NCBI GenBank assembly: GCA_022072095.1 | Contig: JAJVIJ010000013.1 | Span: 109,273-173,272, forward strand | DNA length: 64,000 nt | Direction: 5' to 3' | Source: Rhodocyclaceae bacterium | Lineage (GTDB): Bacteria > Pseudomonadota > Gammaproteobacteria > Burkholderiales > Rhodocyclaceae | Shown here: positions 9,976-20,355 of the stretch, one piece after another | Numbering within the stretch: position 1 is the first letter of the stretch | Layout: every line of letters starts with the position of its first letter | Notes under the pieces: generated by a model | What the model saw: only the letters and a program-made list of their open reading frames with translations | What the model was told of the DNA's origin: nothing | Databases searched by the model: none | Made by a program: the position numbers and the translations under genes

Positions 9976-10479
9976 TTACGCTCGCTGACGGCGCCGCCGG
10001 CGTTCGAGCCAGACCGACATGCGCCGATAGGCATCCGGCGGCATCATCTCCGGCACGACTACGATATGCGCGCGACGACCCGCGGCGGCGCGAAGCGTCA
10101 ATGACCACAGTCGCCCCAGCCGTTCGGCCGACTCGAAAAAGCCCTCGAATACCGTGTCACCGCGCGCGTCGCAGCCACTGCACCGATCATCGCGGTCGAT
10201 TGCAAGGCGAGCGATGCGCCGATCGGACTGCGCGCCATAACGTCGATGGCACGAGCGGAGACCGATCACGACAACGGGTAGCAGAAGCACCGTAACCGAT
10301 ACCGGCAGAACTACCGCAGCACAGATCAGCGCTACGATATGCGTCGCCGATACTGCGCACAGAAAGCGGGGCGCAAAGCCAAGCTCGATCTCGACGCACG
10401 TCCCACCTCGCGACCGCTCAGGCCCCGATATAGCGGGTAAAGATGATGGTGCTGTTGGTACCGCCGAATCCGAATGCAT
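9976..10479 (-). CDS. YgfX/CptA-like (DUF1434) inner-membrane protein; start uncertain
   Basis: The C-terminal 140 aa align by eye with E. coli YgfX. There are two TM helices (FLCAVSATHIVALICAAVVLPVSVTVLLLPVVVIG) and a tail HIVVVPEMMPPDAYRRMSVWLERR comparable to HLWLAADSMDEAEWRDLRRILL. No ATG/GTG/TTG lies in frame between the fabF stop and TM1, so the nearest upstream ATG (10479) is inside fabF. The homologous region begins near 10395. Confidence 0.5.
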   Translation of the reverse strand: MHSDSAVPTAPSSLPAISGPERSRGGTCVEIELGFAPRFLCAVSATHIVALICAAVVLPVSVTVLLLPVVVIGLRSCHRRYGAQSDRRIARLAIDRDDRCSGCDARGDTVFEGFFESAERLGRLWSLTLRAAAGRRAHIVVVPEMMPPDAYRRMSVWLERRRRRQRA

Positions 10480-11665
10480 TCGACATGGCCACTGAAATGG
10501 ACATCCTGCGTGCTTCGTTGGGGATGTAGTCCAAGTCGCACTGTGGATCGCGTTCCCAGAGGTTGATGGTCGGCGGCGCGACCCGATCATGCACGGCCAT
10601 GACGGAGAACACGGCTTCCACGCCGCCGGCAGCGCCAAGCAAATGCCCGGTCATGGACTTGGTCGAGCTCATCGCCAGCTTCCTGGCATGCTCGCCAAAG
10701 CAGCGCTTGACCGCGATCGTCTCGGCAATGTCACCAAGCGGCGTCGACGTGCCATGCGCATTGATGTAATCGACCGCTTCCGGATTCAAGCGAGCATTGC
10801 GCAGCGCGCCTGCCATGCTCCGTGCGGCACCGGAGCCGTCATCGCAAGGCGCGGTGATGTGATTCGCGTCCGCGCTCAGGCCATATCCGGCAAGCTCCGC
10901 ATAAATGTGCGCGCTCCGCGCCCGTGCGTGCTCCAACTCCTCCAACACCAGTACACCCGCACCCTCGGCCAACACAAATCCATCCCTGCCCACATCCCAA
11001 GGGCGGCTCGCGCCGCCGGGGTCGTCATTGCGCGTAGACAAGGCCTTCATCGCCGCGAATCCGCCAACGCCCAGAGGTGACACGGTGGCCTCAGCCCCAC
11101 CCGCGACCATGACATCCGCATCGCCATACTCGATCAGACGCTGCGCCTCACCGATACTGTGATTACCGGTCGCACACGCACTCACCAGAGCCAGGTTCGG
11201 TCCCTTGAAACCAAAGTTGATCGACAGAATCCCGGAAACCATGTTGATGATCGTCCCCGGAACGAAGAACGGGCTGATCTTGCGTACGCCCCCCTCGAGG
11301 TAGGTCTTGCTATTGTCCTCGATGACAGGCAAGCCGCCGATTCCCGAACCGATGCAGACGCCGATCCTTTCGGCATCGGCAGTGCCGGCCGAAATACCGG
11401 CGTCACGCAAGGCATCGCTTGCAGCCGCCAGTCCATAGTGAATGAACAGGTCGTAGCGCCGGGCCTCCTTCGGTGAAAGGTACGCGGAAACGTCGAAGCC
11501 GCGCACCTCTCCTGCGATGCGCACCGGAAACCCGCTGGCGTCGAAGCGGGTGATCGCGCCAATGCCGGAACGGCCTGAGGTGATGTTGGCCCAGGCTTCC
11601 TTGACGGTGTTCCCGACTGGAGAAACGATGCCAAGGCCGGTTACGACGACGCGTCTGCGAGTCAC
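10418..11665 (-). CDS. fabF: 3-oxoacyl-ACP synthase II
   Basis: Track ORF trimmed to the GTG at 11665 (M/V-TRRRVVVTGLGIVSPVGN), because the longer form would overlap acpP. The active-site context includes ACATG and HGTSTPLGD. Confidence 0.93.
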   Translation of the reverse strand: MTRRRVVVTGLGIVSPVGNTVKEAWANITSGRSGIGAITRFDASGFPVRIAGEVRGFDVSAYLSPKEARRYDLFIHYGLAAASDALRDAGISAGTADAERIGVCIGSGIGGLPVIEDNSKTYLEGGVRKISPFFVPGTIINMVSGILSINFGFKGPNLALVSACATGNHSIGEAQRLIEYGDADVMVAGGAEATVSPLGVGGFAAMKALSTRNDDPGGASRPWDVGRDGFVLAEGAGVLVLEELEHARARSAHIYAELAGYGLSADANHITAPCDDGSGAARSMAGALRNARLNPEAVDYINAHGTSTPLGDIAETIAVKRCFGEHARKLAMSSTKSMTGHLLGAAGGVEAVFSVMAVHDRVAPPTINLWERDPQCDLDYIPNEARRMSISVAMSNAFGFGGTNSTIIFTRYIGA

Positions 11666-11682
11666 GATATCAATCCCGATGT

Positions 11683-11925
11683 TCAGGCGTTCTTGATCTG
11701 ACCACGCACGTAGTCGATGGCCTGCTGCACCGTGGTGATCTTTTCGGCGTCTTCGTCGGGAATTTCGCACTCGAACTCCTCTTCGAGTGCCATCACGAGT
11801 TCGACCGTATCCAGGGAATCTGCACCCAAGTCCTGGACGAACGACGATTCGTTCTTCACCTCGCCCTCGTTCACGCCCAACTGCTCGGCGACGATCTTCT
11901 TGACGCGTTGTTCTATGTTCTCCAT
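11683..11925 (-). CDS. acpP: Acyl carrier protein
   Basis: [18 protein letters not shown]...[19 protein letters not shown], containing the phosphopantetheine-attachment DSL motif. Trimmed from track ORF 11683..11982. Confidence 0.96.
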   Translation of the reverse strand: MENIEQRVKKIVAEQLGVNEGEVKNESSFVQDLGADSLDTVELVMALEEEFECEIPDEDAEKITTVQQAIDYVRGQIKNA

Positions 11926-12026
11926 GTTACGACTCCTTCCCTTATGCGGACGACCGCGAAATTGGCGGCGCAAGTTTAGCAAAACTACCCTTCATTCCCG
12001 ATGCGCATCGCGCGCCCTGCGCTAAC

Positions 12027-12776
12027 CTAACTCATGTACATGCCACCATTCACATGCAGAGTGGTGCCGGTGATGTAACCGGCGGAGCGCGATGCCAGAA
12101 AACAGACCGCCGCCGCCACCTCGCCGGCGTCGCCCAGACGACCGAGCGGAATCCTGGCGAGCAACGCCTCTTTCTGCGCCTCCGGCAAGCTACGCGTCAT
12201 GTCGGTGTCAATGAATCCCGGCGCAACACAATTCACCGTCACGCCACGAGCACCCAGTTCCTGCGCAAGCACGCGTGTCATGCCGGCGACGCCCGCTTTC
12301 GCGGCGGCATAGTTGGCCTGTCCCGGGTTGCCGGCCGCGCCGACGACGGAAGTGATGTTCACGATACGGCCATAGCGGGCTTTCATCATGCCCTTCATCG
12401 CCGCCTTAGACAAGCGGAACACGGCCTTCAGATTGGTGTCGATCACCGCATCCCAGTCACTATCCTTGAGGCGCAGCGCAAGCGCGTCACGCGTGATCCC
12501 GGCATTATTCACGAGGATGCGCAACGGCCCCTCCCGGGCTTCGATCTCGCCGATGACAGCGTCGATGGCCGCGGTGTCGGTGACGTCCATGACCACACCG
12601 CGACCGGTCAAGCCTTCGGCAAGCATGGCAGCTTCGAGCGCCGAGGCACCTTCGGCGGAGGTCGAGGTGCCGATCACGCGCGCGCCCTGACGCGCCAACC
12701 CGAACGCGATGGCCCGCCCGATGCCCCGGCTTGCCCCGGTGACCAGCGTCACATCGTTCTGCTCGAACTGATTCAT
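12027..12776 (-). CDS. fabG: 3-oxoacyl-ACP reductase
   Basis: 249 aa SDR with TGASRGIG and YAAAKAG motifs. A 4-nt overlap joins it to the fabD stop. Confidence 0.95.
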   Translation of the reverse strand: MNQFEQNDVTLVTGASRGIGRAIAFGLARQGARVIGTSTSAEGASALEAAMLAEGLTGRGVVMDVTDTAAIDAVIGEIEAREGPLRILVNNAGITRDALALRLKDSDWDAVIDTNLKAVFRLSKAAMKGMMKARYGRIVNITSVVGAAGNPGQANYAAAKAGVAGMTRVLAQELGARGVTVNCVAPGFIDTDMTRSLPEAQKEALLARIPLGRLGDAGEVAAAVCFLASRSAGYITGTTLHVNGGMYMS

Positions 12777-13729
12777 GACACCCCCAGTTCGGTCCGCAGC
12801 TTGCTCAATGCCGCCCTATCAGACAATGTCATGCCGATCACGCCGGCATCGATGCGCTTGGTGAGCGCGCCCAGCACCTTGCCCGGGCCGCACTCCACGA
12901 CATGGGTCGCGCCGGCACGCACGAGCGTCTGCACGACTTCGATCCAGCGCACCGGCGCACAGACCTGGCGAACCAGCGCATCGCGTATTCGCTCCGGCTC
13001 GTTTTCCATCATCACATCGACATTATTGACCACCGGAATCCGCGGTGGACTGAGCTGAACCCCGGCGATCAGGCCGCGCAAGGTCGTCGCCGCCGGTGCC
13101 ATCAGCGCGCAGTGAAACGGCGCACTCACCGGGAGCAGCACCGCTTTCTTGGCACCCCGCGGGCGCGCAAGCTCGACGGCCCGGCGAACGGCTTCGGCCT
13201 GTCCGGCAATCACCGTTTGCCCCGGCGCATTGAGATTGGCAGGTGACACGACCTGGCCCTGCGCGGCTTCGGCACAGACGGCCTCGACGCCGTCCAGATC
13301 GAGGCCCAGCAACGCCGCCATCGCGCCCACTCCGGCCGGAACCGCTTGCTGCATGGCCTGTCCGCGCCGTTCCACGAGCCGTATGGCATCGCCGAAGCGA
13401 AGTACGTCTGCGACCACGAGTGCCGAAAATTCGCCCAGGCTGTGGCCGGCGAGCAACTGAGGCTCGACTCCACCCATATCCCGCCAAAGCCGGTAAACCG
13501 CGACGCCGGCCGCAAGCATGATCGGCTGCGTATTGACCGTCCGACTGAGCTCTTCCTCGCTGCCCTCTTCTGAGAGAGCCCAGAGATCGCGCCCCAAGGC
13601 CTCCGAAGCCTCCACGAATGTCGCGCGCACCAGCGCCGGCGCGACGCCGTCACCATATGCCCTCATCATCGCCGTCGACTGCGACCCCTGTCCCGGGAAG
13701 ACCATCGCCAGTTTGATCTGTTGATTCAT
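12773..13729 (-). CDS. fabD: Malonyl-CoA:ACP transacylase
   Basis: Track ORF trimmed to MNQQIKLAMVFPGQGSQS. The GHSLGE active-site motif is present. Confidence 0.93.
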   Translation of the reverse strand: MNQQIKLAMVFPGQGSQSTAMMRAYGDGVAPALVRATFVEASEALGRDLWALSEEGSEEELSRTVNTQPIMLAAGVAVYRLWRDMGGVEPQLLAGHSLGEFSALVVADVLRFGDAIRLVERRGQAMQQAVPAGVGAMAALLGLDLDGVEAVCAEAAQGQVVSPANLNAPGQTVIAGQAEAVRRAVELARPRGAKKAVLLPVSAPFHCALMAPAATTLRGLIAGVQLSPPRIPVVNNVDVMMENEPERIRDALVRQVCAPVRWIEVVQTLVRAGATHVVECGPGKVLGALTKRIDAGVIGMTLSDRAALSKLRTELGVS

Positions 13730-13742
13730 TGACTGATTCCCG

Positions 13743-14705
13743 TCACATCCGAAGAAGAATGGATCCCCAGGTAAACCCTCCCCCGACGCCCTGCAACAGC
13801 ACATGATGACCGGAGCGGACGCGCCCGTCCCGGATGGCCAGATCGAGCGCGAGGGGCACCGACGCCGCCGAAGTATTGCCGTGGTGACCGACCGTCGTTA
13901 CGAGCCGCTCCATAGGCAAGCCCAGCCGTTTTGCGGTTGCCTGCAAGATACGGATATTGGCCTGATGAGGGATCAACCAGTCGAGCTCATCAACCCTCAA
14001 ACCGGCGCGATCGAGAGTCGATTGAGCACTTTCGCCCAACACCTTGACGGCAAGTTTGAAGACCGCCTGGCCATCCATCTGCAAATAGGGAGAACCGACC
14101 ACCGAGCCGCCGCAGATCTGACCCGGCGTCGACAGGATGTGGCGATAGGAGCCGTCCGCATGCAGATCGCTGGCAAGCACCCCCGGCGCATCGGATGACG
14201 CCAGCACCACCGCGCCAGCGCCGTCGCCGAACAACACGCAGGTGGTTCGATCCTGCCAATCGAGAATTCTGGAAAAAATCTCGGTGCCGACCACCAGCGC
14301 GCAACGATGGCTACCCGAGCGCATGAATTTCTCAGCGATCGTCACGCCGTAGACGAAGCCGCTGCAAACCGCTTGGACATCGAACGCCGCGGCACCACGA
14401 TTACCCAGCTTGTCCTGGACGATGCACGCGGTGCTGGGGAAGACCCAGTCCGGCGTGCTGGTGGCGACTATGATCAGGTCGAGATCATCGACATGCTTGC
14501 CGGCGGCAGCGAGTGCGGCGCGCGCCGCCGGCACCGCCAGATCGCTGGCCTGCTCGCCCGCGGCGGCGAAATGTCGGAAGCGGATACCCGTCCGCTCGAT
14601 GATCCAGGCGTCGGAAGTATCGATGCCACGAGCAACGAGATCATCGTTGCTGACAGGATTGCCAGGTAAATGGCTGCCGGTACCCAGAATGCGGGCAAAG
14701 GTCAT
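13743..14705 (-). CDS. fabH: 3-oxoacyl-ACP synthase III
   Basis: Track ORF trimmed to [23 protein letters not shown] (320 aa). Its ATG overlaps the plsX TGA. The family motifs ACSGF and HQAN are present. Confidence 0.93.
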   Translation of the reverse strand: MTFARILGTGSHLPGNPVSNDDLVARGIDTSDAWIIERTGIRFRHFAAAGEQASDLAVPAARAALAAAGKHVDDLDLIIVATSTPDWVFPSTACIVQDKLGNRGAAAFDVQAVCSGFVYGVTIAEKFMRSGSHRCALVVGTEIFSRILDWQDRTTCVLFGDGAGAVVLASSDAPGVLASDLHADGSYRHILSTPGQICGGSVVGSPYLQMDGQAVFKLAVKVLGESAQSTLDRAGLRVDELDWLIPHQANIRILQATAKRLGLPMERLVTTVGHHGNTSAASVPLALDLAIRDGRVRSGHHVLLQGVGGGFTWGSILLRM

Positions 14706-15748
14706 CACGCTGATCCTCCGACGAACTTGACGGGCTCTTGCGACTCGGCGAACGAGGCGATGCGCTGGCCGATGCGATCGATGACGCGCGTCGCAACCGC
14801 TTCGTAAGCGCGGTGCAACGCGCACTCGAACGCAAAGGCATCGGCGGAGCCGTGACTCTTCACCGCCACGGCACGCAGCCCGACCAGAGCGGCGCCGTTG
14901 TAGCGGCGGTGGTCGACGCGCTCCTTGAACGCCTTCAGCGCCGGATACGCCAGCAGGGCCAGCATTTTTCGGGACCATGAGCGCGAAAATTCGTCGCGCA
15001 GATAGGTCGCAAGCATCTGCGCCAGCCCCTCAGAAGTCTTCAATGCGATGTTGCCGACAAAGCCATCGCAGACGACGACGTCGGTCGTACCCTTGTAAAT
15101 GTCATCGCCCTCGACGTTGCCGCGGAAATTGAGGCCACTCGCGCGCAACAACTCGCCCGCTCGACGAACCGTCTCATTGCCCTTGATTTCCTCGATGCCG
15201 ATGTTCAACAAGCCGACACTCGGCTCGGGCTTGTTCTCGAGCGCGGCAACGAGCATCGCTCCCATGATGCCGAACTGCAACAGATCCTCCGCGCCACAGT
15301 CGACGTTCGCCCCCAGGTCAAGCACATAGGTATGACCCTTCAAAGTCGGCAGGATGGTCGCGATCGCCGGCCGATCGATGCCCGGGAGCGTCTTCAACAC
15401 GAAGCGCGCGATACCCATCAACGCACCGGTGTTGCCCGCGGAGACGATCGCGTCGGCCTTCCCTTCCTTGACCAGATTGATGGCGACTCGTAGCGACGAG
15501 TCTTTCTTTCCCCGCAGAGCAGACGCGACCGATTCGTCCATCGACACGACCTCTGACGCAGGGAAGGTGCTCAGGCGCGGCCCGAATTCGTCGCCCGCCC
15601 TGTGCGTCAGTTCCGCAAGTGCATCGGGAAGGCCTACCGCAATCACCGAGGCTGCAACCTGCTTGCGCAGGAACGCACAGACGGCAGGCGACACCACCGG
15701 CGGGCCATGGTCCCCACCCATCAAATCTACGGCCAGCGTGACGGGCAT
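14705..15748 (-). CDS. plsX: Phosphate acyltransferase PlsX
   Basis: 347 aa starting [16 protein letters not shown], between rpmF and fabH as in the canonical operon. Confidence 0.95.
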   Translation of the reverse strand: MPVTLAVDLMGGDHGPPVVSPAVCAFLRKQVAASVIAVGLPDALAELTHRAGDEFGPRLSTFPASEVVSMDESVASALRGKKDSSLRVAINLVKEGKADAIVSAGNTGALMGIARFVLKTLPGIDRPAIATILPTLKGHTYVLDLGANVDCGAEDLLQFGIMGAMLVAALENKPEPSVGLLNIGIEEIKGNETVRRAGELLRASGLNFRGNVEGDDIYKGTTDVVVCDGFVGNIALKTSEGLAQMLATYLRDEFSRSWSRKMLALLAYPALKAFKERVDHRRYNGAALVGLRAVAVKSHGSADAFAFECALHRAYEAVATRVIDRIGQRIASFAESQEPVKFVGGSA

Positions 15749-15827
15749 AGGCTTATGAGAACAGCGAACGCGACGGCGGCAACAGTCACGCTAACAGCGC
15801 AAGCAGACCGCGCCACTCCGCCGGCAC

Positions 15828-16007
15828 TCAGTCTTCCTTGCTGGCAACGACCTTCTTGCCCCGGTAGTAGCCGTTGGGCGAAATATGATGGCGCAGATGA
15901 ATCTCACCCGTCGTTGCCTCGACGGCAATCGGCTGACCCTTCAGAAAGTCATGGGCGCGATGCATGCCCCGCTTGGAGGGCGATTTCTTGTTTTGCTGAA
16001 CTGCCAT
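15828..16007 (-). CDS. rpmF: 50S ribosomal protein L32
   Basis: Not in the ORF track (59 aa). Manual translation gives [59 protein letters not shown]. It lies between yceD and plsX. Confidence 0.92.
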   Translation of the reverse strand: MAVQQNKKSPSKRGMHRAHDFLKGQPIAVEATTGEIHLRHHISPNGYYRGKKVVASKED

Positions 16008-16024
16008 GTGAAGACCCTTTCAAA

Positions 16025-16549
16025 TCAATACAACTCGGACGTTCGCACCGACCGCAACGCCGCCAGCTCCGAAAACGGGGAGGACCCTGGCCCTTGATGC
16101 GCCCGCCCGGGCAGTGTGCAGAACTCATGCCTGGGCGATATCGGTAGCGACAACAGCAGCTCGTCCTCCAATACCCGAGAAAATTCGGCGATCTCGGTGA
16201 CATCCACCCGCTCTTCGTCATCGTTCTCGTCGACCAGGATCAGCTCGGGGTCATCCGCCAACTGCAACCTCAAGCGGACATTCGCGACCGCGCGGAACAG
16301 GAACGGGCTCAAACAACGCTGACAACCCAAGACCAAGCTCGCCCCTGCGCGCAAACTCAAGAACATCGCCCCGTGCCCGTCGCACTCGCCGACCAAATCG
16401 AAGTCGACACCGCAATCAGCTCGCAACGACCCGAACGGCCCGGACGCGGCCGCCAGGCGCGGCAAATCGTCCAGCGACAGCACGCCGCGAATCGATCCTC
16501 CGTTATGCGCCAATGCGACTGGATCGACCGGATCAATAATTTTGATCAA
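16025..16549 (-). CDS. yceD: YceD (DUF177) family 23S rRNA accumulation protein
   Basis: 174 aa acidic protein with a C-x2-C motif (LGCQRC) immediately upstream of rpmF. The first codon of the ORF is TTG, so the exact start is uncertain. Confidence 0.8.
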   Translation of the reverse strand: MIKIIDPVDPVALAHNGGSIRGVLSLDDLPRLAAASGPFGSLRADCGVDFDLVGECDGHGAMFLSLRAGASLVLGCQRCLSPFLFRAVANVRLRLQLADDPELILVDENDDEERVDVTEIAEFSRVLEDELLLSLPISPRHEFCTLPGRAHQGPGSSPFSELAALRSVRTSELY

Positions 16550-16718
16550 ACCACCAATCCCGACAAAGGCGCGGATGATATTATTTTTGCGATTCGCCTG
16601 TCAAAGTGCCGTCAAGGAGCCAGGCTCGACAAGGCTCCCGAAGAGCTCAAGCTTGACGAAGTCGGCTTCGATAACACAGACGGCTCACCCCAAGCCATCG
16701 TTGCACCCCATCGTGTCC

Positions 16719-17330
16719 ATGACCGCACCGCTGTTTGCATATTCCGTCCCCACCCAGCCTTTGATTCTGGCTTCGACATCGCCTTTCCGCAAAGCACTGC
16801 TCGATCGACTAGGGCTGCCATTCGATATCGTCGCGCCCGACATAGACGAGTCGGCACAAGCCGACGAATCCCCCTCCATGCAGGCCTCGCGTCTCGCGCG
16901 CACGAAAGCCGCTGCGGTTTCTCTGCGGCATCCGACCGCCTGCGTGATCGGCAGCGACCAGGTTGCACACAGCGGAGGGCGGCGGTATGGAAAGCCGGGG
17001 TCTCTCTCGCGCGCCATCGAGCAATTGCTGGAACTGTCCGGCCGCGAGGTCATGTTCGAGACGGCCGTGTGTCTTGCCTTCGGACAACATGGCCCGAAAC
17101 ATGAAGCTCTCGTCCCCACGACACTCAAATTTCGGCAGCTCTCATTGGCCGAGATCGAGCGCTATGTCGATCGCGACGATCCCATTGGCTGCGCCGGCGC
17201 AGCCAAGTCGGAAAGTCTAGGGATCGCGTTGCTCGAATGGGTACGCAGCGATGATCCGACAGCGCTGATCGGGCTGCCGCTGATCGCCCTTTCAACCATG
17301 CTTCGCCAGGCAGGTTATGTACTGCCCTGA
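16719..17330 (+). CDS. maf: Maf-like nucleoside triphosphate pyrophosphatase (YceF subfamily)
   Basis: Track ORF trimmed to [35 protein letters not shown] (203 aa). It is divergent from yceD-rpmF, as yceF is in E. coli. Confidence 0.85.
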   Translation: MTAPLFAYSVPTQPLILASTSPFRKALLDRLGLPFDIVAPDIDESAQADESPSMQASRLARTKAAAVSLRHPTACVIGSDQVAHSGGRRYGKPGSLSRAIEQLLELSGREVMFETAVCLAFGQHGPKHEALVPTTLKFRQLSLAEIERYVDRDDPIGCAGAAKSESLGIALLEWVRSDDPTALIGLPLIALSTMLRQAGYVLP

Positions 17331-20236
17331 GCCCGCCCCTGACGCCGCCCATGAGCAGAGCTCTCGGTCCCACGCGCCTCGACGGGGTTCGCGCCACGCC
17401 GACCGCGTTGACCGACTTGACGTCCGAGCATGGCGGCCAGGTACTTGCCGGTATAGCCGACTGTAGTGGCGGCGACCGTCTCCGGTGTACCCGCCGCAAC
17501 GATCGTGCCGCCGCCGTCACCGCCGTCCGGGCCAAGGTCGATGATCCAGTCCGCCGTTTTGATCACGTCCAGATTGTGCTCGATCACCACGACCGTGTTG
17601 CCATGGTCGCGCAAGCGGTGCAGTACGGTCAGCAATAGTTCGACATCGTGAAAATGCAGCCCGGTGGTGGGCTCGTCGAGAACATACAGTGTGCGACCGG
17701 TGTCGCGTTTCGCCAGTTCGAGCGCCAGCTTGACACGTTGGGCCTCCCCCCCGGAAAGCGTGGTCGCACTTTGACCGAGACTGATGTAGCCCAGGCCGAC
17801 GTCCAGAAGGGTTTGCAGGCGGCGCGCGACGGCAGGGATGGACTCGAAGAAATCCAGCGCCTGCTCGACCGTCATTTCGAGCACCTCGTGGATCGTCTTG
17901 CCCTTGTAGCGCACCTCCAGCGTTTCGCGGTTGTAACGCTTGCCCTTGCAGACATCACATGGCACGAAGATGTCGGGCAGAAAATGCATCTCGACCTTGA
18001 TCAGCCCGTCCCCCTGACAGGCCTCACAGCGTCCACCCTTGACGTTGAAGGAAAACCGCCCCGGGCCATAGCCGCGCGTGCGCGCTTCCGGTACACCGGC
18101 AAACAATTCCCTCACCGGCGTCAACAGCCCGGTATAGGTCGCCGGATTGGAACGGGGCGTGCGGCCGATCGGCGACTGGTCCACATTGATCACCTTGTCG
18201 AACAAGTCCAGGCCCTCGATGGCTTCATAGGGCGCCGGTTCGGTGGTTGCGCCGTGCAAGGCGCGCGCGACCGCCCGATACAAGGTGTCGTTGATCAATG
18301 TCGACTTGCCCGAACCGGAGACGCCCGTCACGCAGACCAACAGGCCGGCGGGCAGATCCAGCGTCACATCGCGCAGATTGTTCCCGTGCACCCCGATCAA
18401 CCGCAGCATGCGCGACGGGTCGGGGGGCCGTCGCGTCGCCGGAATGGCAATGCTACGGCGGCCGGACAGATAGGCACCGGTGAGCGATTCGGGATGGGCG
18501 GCAATCTCGGCCGGCGGACCCTGAGCGACGACGTGCCCACCATGGACCCCCGCACCAGGCCCCATGTCGACGACGTGATCGGCCTCCTCGATCGCTTCCT
18601 GATCGTGTTCGACGACGATGACGGTATTGCCCAGATCCCGCAATTGCTTGAGGGTCGCCAGCAGTCGCGAGTTGTCGCGCTGATGCAGGCCGATCGAAGG
18701 CTCGTCCAGGACATACATCACTCCGGTCAACCCTGATCCGATTTGCGAGGCAAGCCGGATACGCTGCGCCTCACCCCCCGACAGCGTCTCCGCCGACCGC
18801 GACAGCGTCAGGTAGTCCAGACCGACATTGATCAGAAACCCAAGTCGGCTCGTTATCTCTTGAACGATGCGCTCGGCAATCTGCGCCTTGTGGCCGGGCA
18901 ATACCAGCGCATCGAAATAGCGCTTGCTCGCCGACAAAGGCAAGCCGCTGATCGCGGGCAGGCTGTGCCCACCGACGCGGACATGACGCGCCTCAGGCCT
19001 CAAGCGCGTGCCCGCACACGCCGGGCAGGCCTTGCTCGCCTGCAACTTGCCCAGCTCCTCGCGCACGGCCATCGAATCCGTCTCGCGATGGCGCCGCTCC
19101 AGATTCGGAATGATGCCTTCGAAGCTGTGTTCGCGCACCACCAGCCGTCCGCCCTCGCCGAGATAACGAAAGGGCAGGCGCTCCTTGCCCGAACCATAGA
19201 GAACGATGGCCCGTATGGGTTCCGGCAAGGACCGGAACGGCAGCGTGATGTCGAAGCCGTAATGCGCGGCCAGGCTCGTGAGCAGCTGAAAGTAGAACTG
19301 ATTCCGCTGATCCCAGCCTCGGATGGCGCCACTGGCGAGCGACAGGTCCGGGTGCGCGACGACGCGTTCAGGATCGAAGAAAATCACCTGGCCGAGGCCG
19401 TCACACTCCGGACAGGCCCCCGCGGGATTGTTGAACGAAAACAGACGCGGCTCGAGTTCGGCCACGGAAAACCCGCACGCCGGGCAGGCATAACGCGCCG
19501 AAAACAGGTACTCCTCGCCGGTATCCATGACGACCGCACAAGCACGGCCGTCGGCATGGGCCAGGGCCGTTTCAAAGGACTCGGCGAGGCGCTGACGCTC
19601 ACCGGGCCGCACGCGCAGGCGATCGATGACCACATCGATATCGTGCTTGCTGTTCTTGGCCAGCCGAGGCACCGCATCGATTTCGCAAACCGTGCCATCG
19701 ACGCGCAGTCTGACGAAGCCCTTGGCGCGCAATTCGTCGATCAGATCGGTCTGCTCGCCCTTGCGCCCTGACACCACCGGCGCCAGAATCATCAGGCGGG
19801 TTTCCTCGGGCAGCGCGAGCACTTGGTCGACCATTTGCGAGACGCTCTGAGATTCGAGCGGCAACTCGTGGTCGGGGCAATGCGGCGTGCCCGCACGGGC
19901 AAACAACAGGCGCAGGTAATCGTGGATTTCGGTGACCGTACCGACCGTCGAACGTGGATTGTGGCTGCTGGCCTTCTGTTCGATCGCGATCGCCGGCGAC
20001 AAGCCTTCTATCAGGTCGACGTCCGGCTTCTCCATCAGCTGCAGAAACTGGCGCGCATAAGCGGACAACGACTCGACGTAGCGCCGCTGCCCTTCGGCAT
20101 AGAGGGTATCGAAGGCAAGCGAGGACTTGCCCGATCCTGACAGCCCCGTGATCACGGTGAGCCGCTGACGTGGCAGGTCGAGATGAATGTTCTTCAGATT
20201 GTGCGTACGCGCACCACGTATCCGCAAAAATTCCAT
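17315..20236 (-). CDS. uvrA: Excinuclease ABC subunit A
   Basis: 973 aa starting [17 protein letters not shown]. It has two ABC ATPase modules (GLSGSGKSS and GVSGSGKST) and zinc-finger cysteines. A basic C-terminal tail overlaps the maf 3' end by 16 nt (convergent). Confidence 0.97.
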   Translation of the reverse strand: MEFLRIRGARTHNLKNIHLDLPRQRLTVITGLSGSGKSSLAFDTLYAEGQRRYVESLSAYARQFLQLMEKPDVDLIEGLSPAIAIEQKASSHNPRSTVGTVTEIHDYLRLLFARAGTPHCPDHELPLESQSVSQMVDQVLALPEETRLMILAPVVSGRKGEQTDLIDELRAKGFVRLRVDGTVCEIDAVPRLAKNSKHDIDVVIDRLRVRPGERQRLAESFETALAHADGRACAVVMDTGEEYLFSARYACPACGFSVAELEPRLFSFNNPAGACPECDGLGQVIFFDPERVVAHPDLSLASGAIRGWDQRNQFYFQLLTSLAAHYGFDITLPFRSLPEPIRAIVLYGSGKERLPFRYLGEGGRLVVREHSFEGIIPNLERRHRETDSMAVREELGKLQASKACPACAGTRLRPEARHVRVGGHSLPAISGLPLSASKRYFDALVLPGHKAQIAERIVQEITSRLGFLINVGLDYLTLSRSAETLSGGEAQRIRLASQIGSGLTGVMYVLDEPSIGLHQRDNSRLLATLKQLRDLGNTVIVVEHDQEAIEEADHVVDMGPGAGVHGGHVVAQGPPAEIAAHPESLTGAYLSGRRSIAIPATRRPPDPSRMLRLIGVHGNNLRDVTLDLPAGLLVCVTGVSGSGKSTLINDTLYRAVARALHGATTEPAPYEAIEGLDLFDKVINVDQSPIGRTPRSNPATYTGLLTPVRELFAGVPEARTRGYGPGRFSFNVKGGRCEACQGDGLIKVEMHFLPDIFVPCDVCKGKRYNRETLEVRYKGKTIHEVLEMTVEQALDFFESIPAVARRLQTLLDVGLGYISLGQSATTLSGGEAQRVKLALELAKRDTGRTLYVLDEPTTGLHFHDVELLLTVLHRLRDHGNTVVVIEHNLDVIKTADWIIDLGPDGGDGGGTIVAAGTPETVAATTVGYTGKYLAAMLGRQVGQRGRRGANPVEARGTESSAHGRRQGRAQGST

Positions 20237-20266
20237 TGCTGCACCGCAGAAGCGGCCCCTGGCAAA

Positions 20267-20282
20267 CTGGTAATATTACCGG
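20267..20282. promoter_or_regulatory. AT-rich palindromic operator candidate (CTGGTAATATTACCGG)
   Basis: A perfect 12-bp palindrome GGTAATATTACC lies in the 120-bp uvrA / MFS-ssb divergent region, 31 nt upstream of the uvrA ATG. It has CTGN-N8-NCNG spacing like a degenerate SOS box. Confidence 0.3.
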
Positions 20283-20355
20283 CGTTGCCGCCACCCCGAG
20301 ATCATCAGGATACGATGCAGTCCAGCCAGCCATACGCCCGGATGCTCGCGCAACC

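Noticed and set aside
16577-16604. Possible yceD-rpmF-plsX promoter on the minus strand (TTGACA then TAATAT).
   Set aside because: The spacer is only 15 nt, and alternative -10 registers match poorly. The support is not strong enough to list it as a feature.
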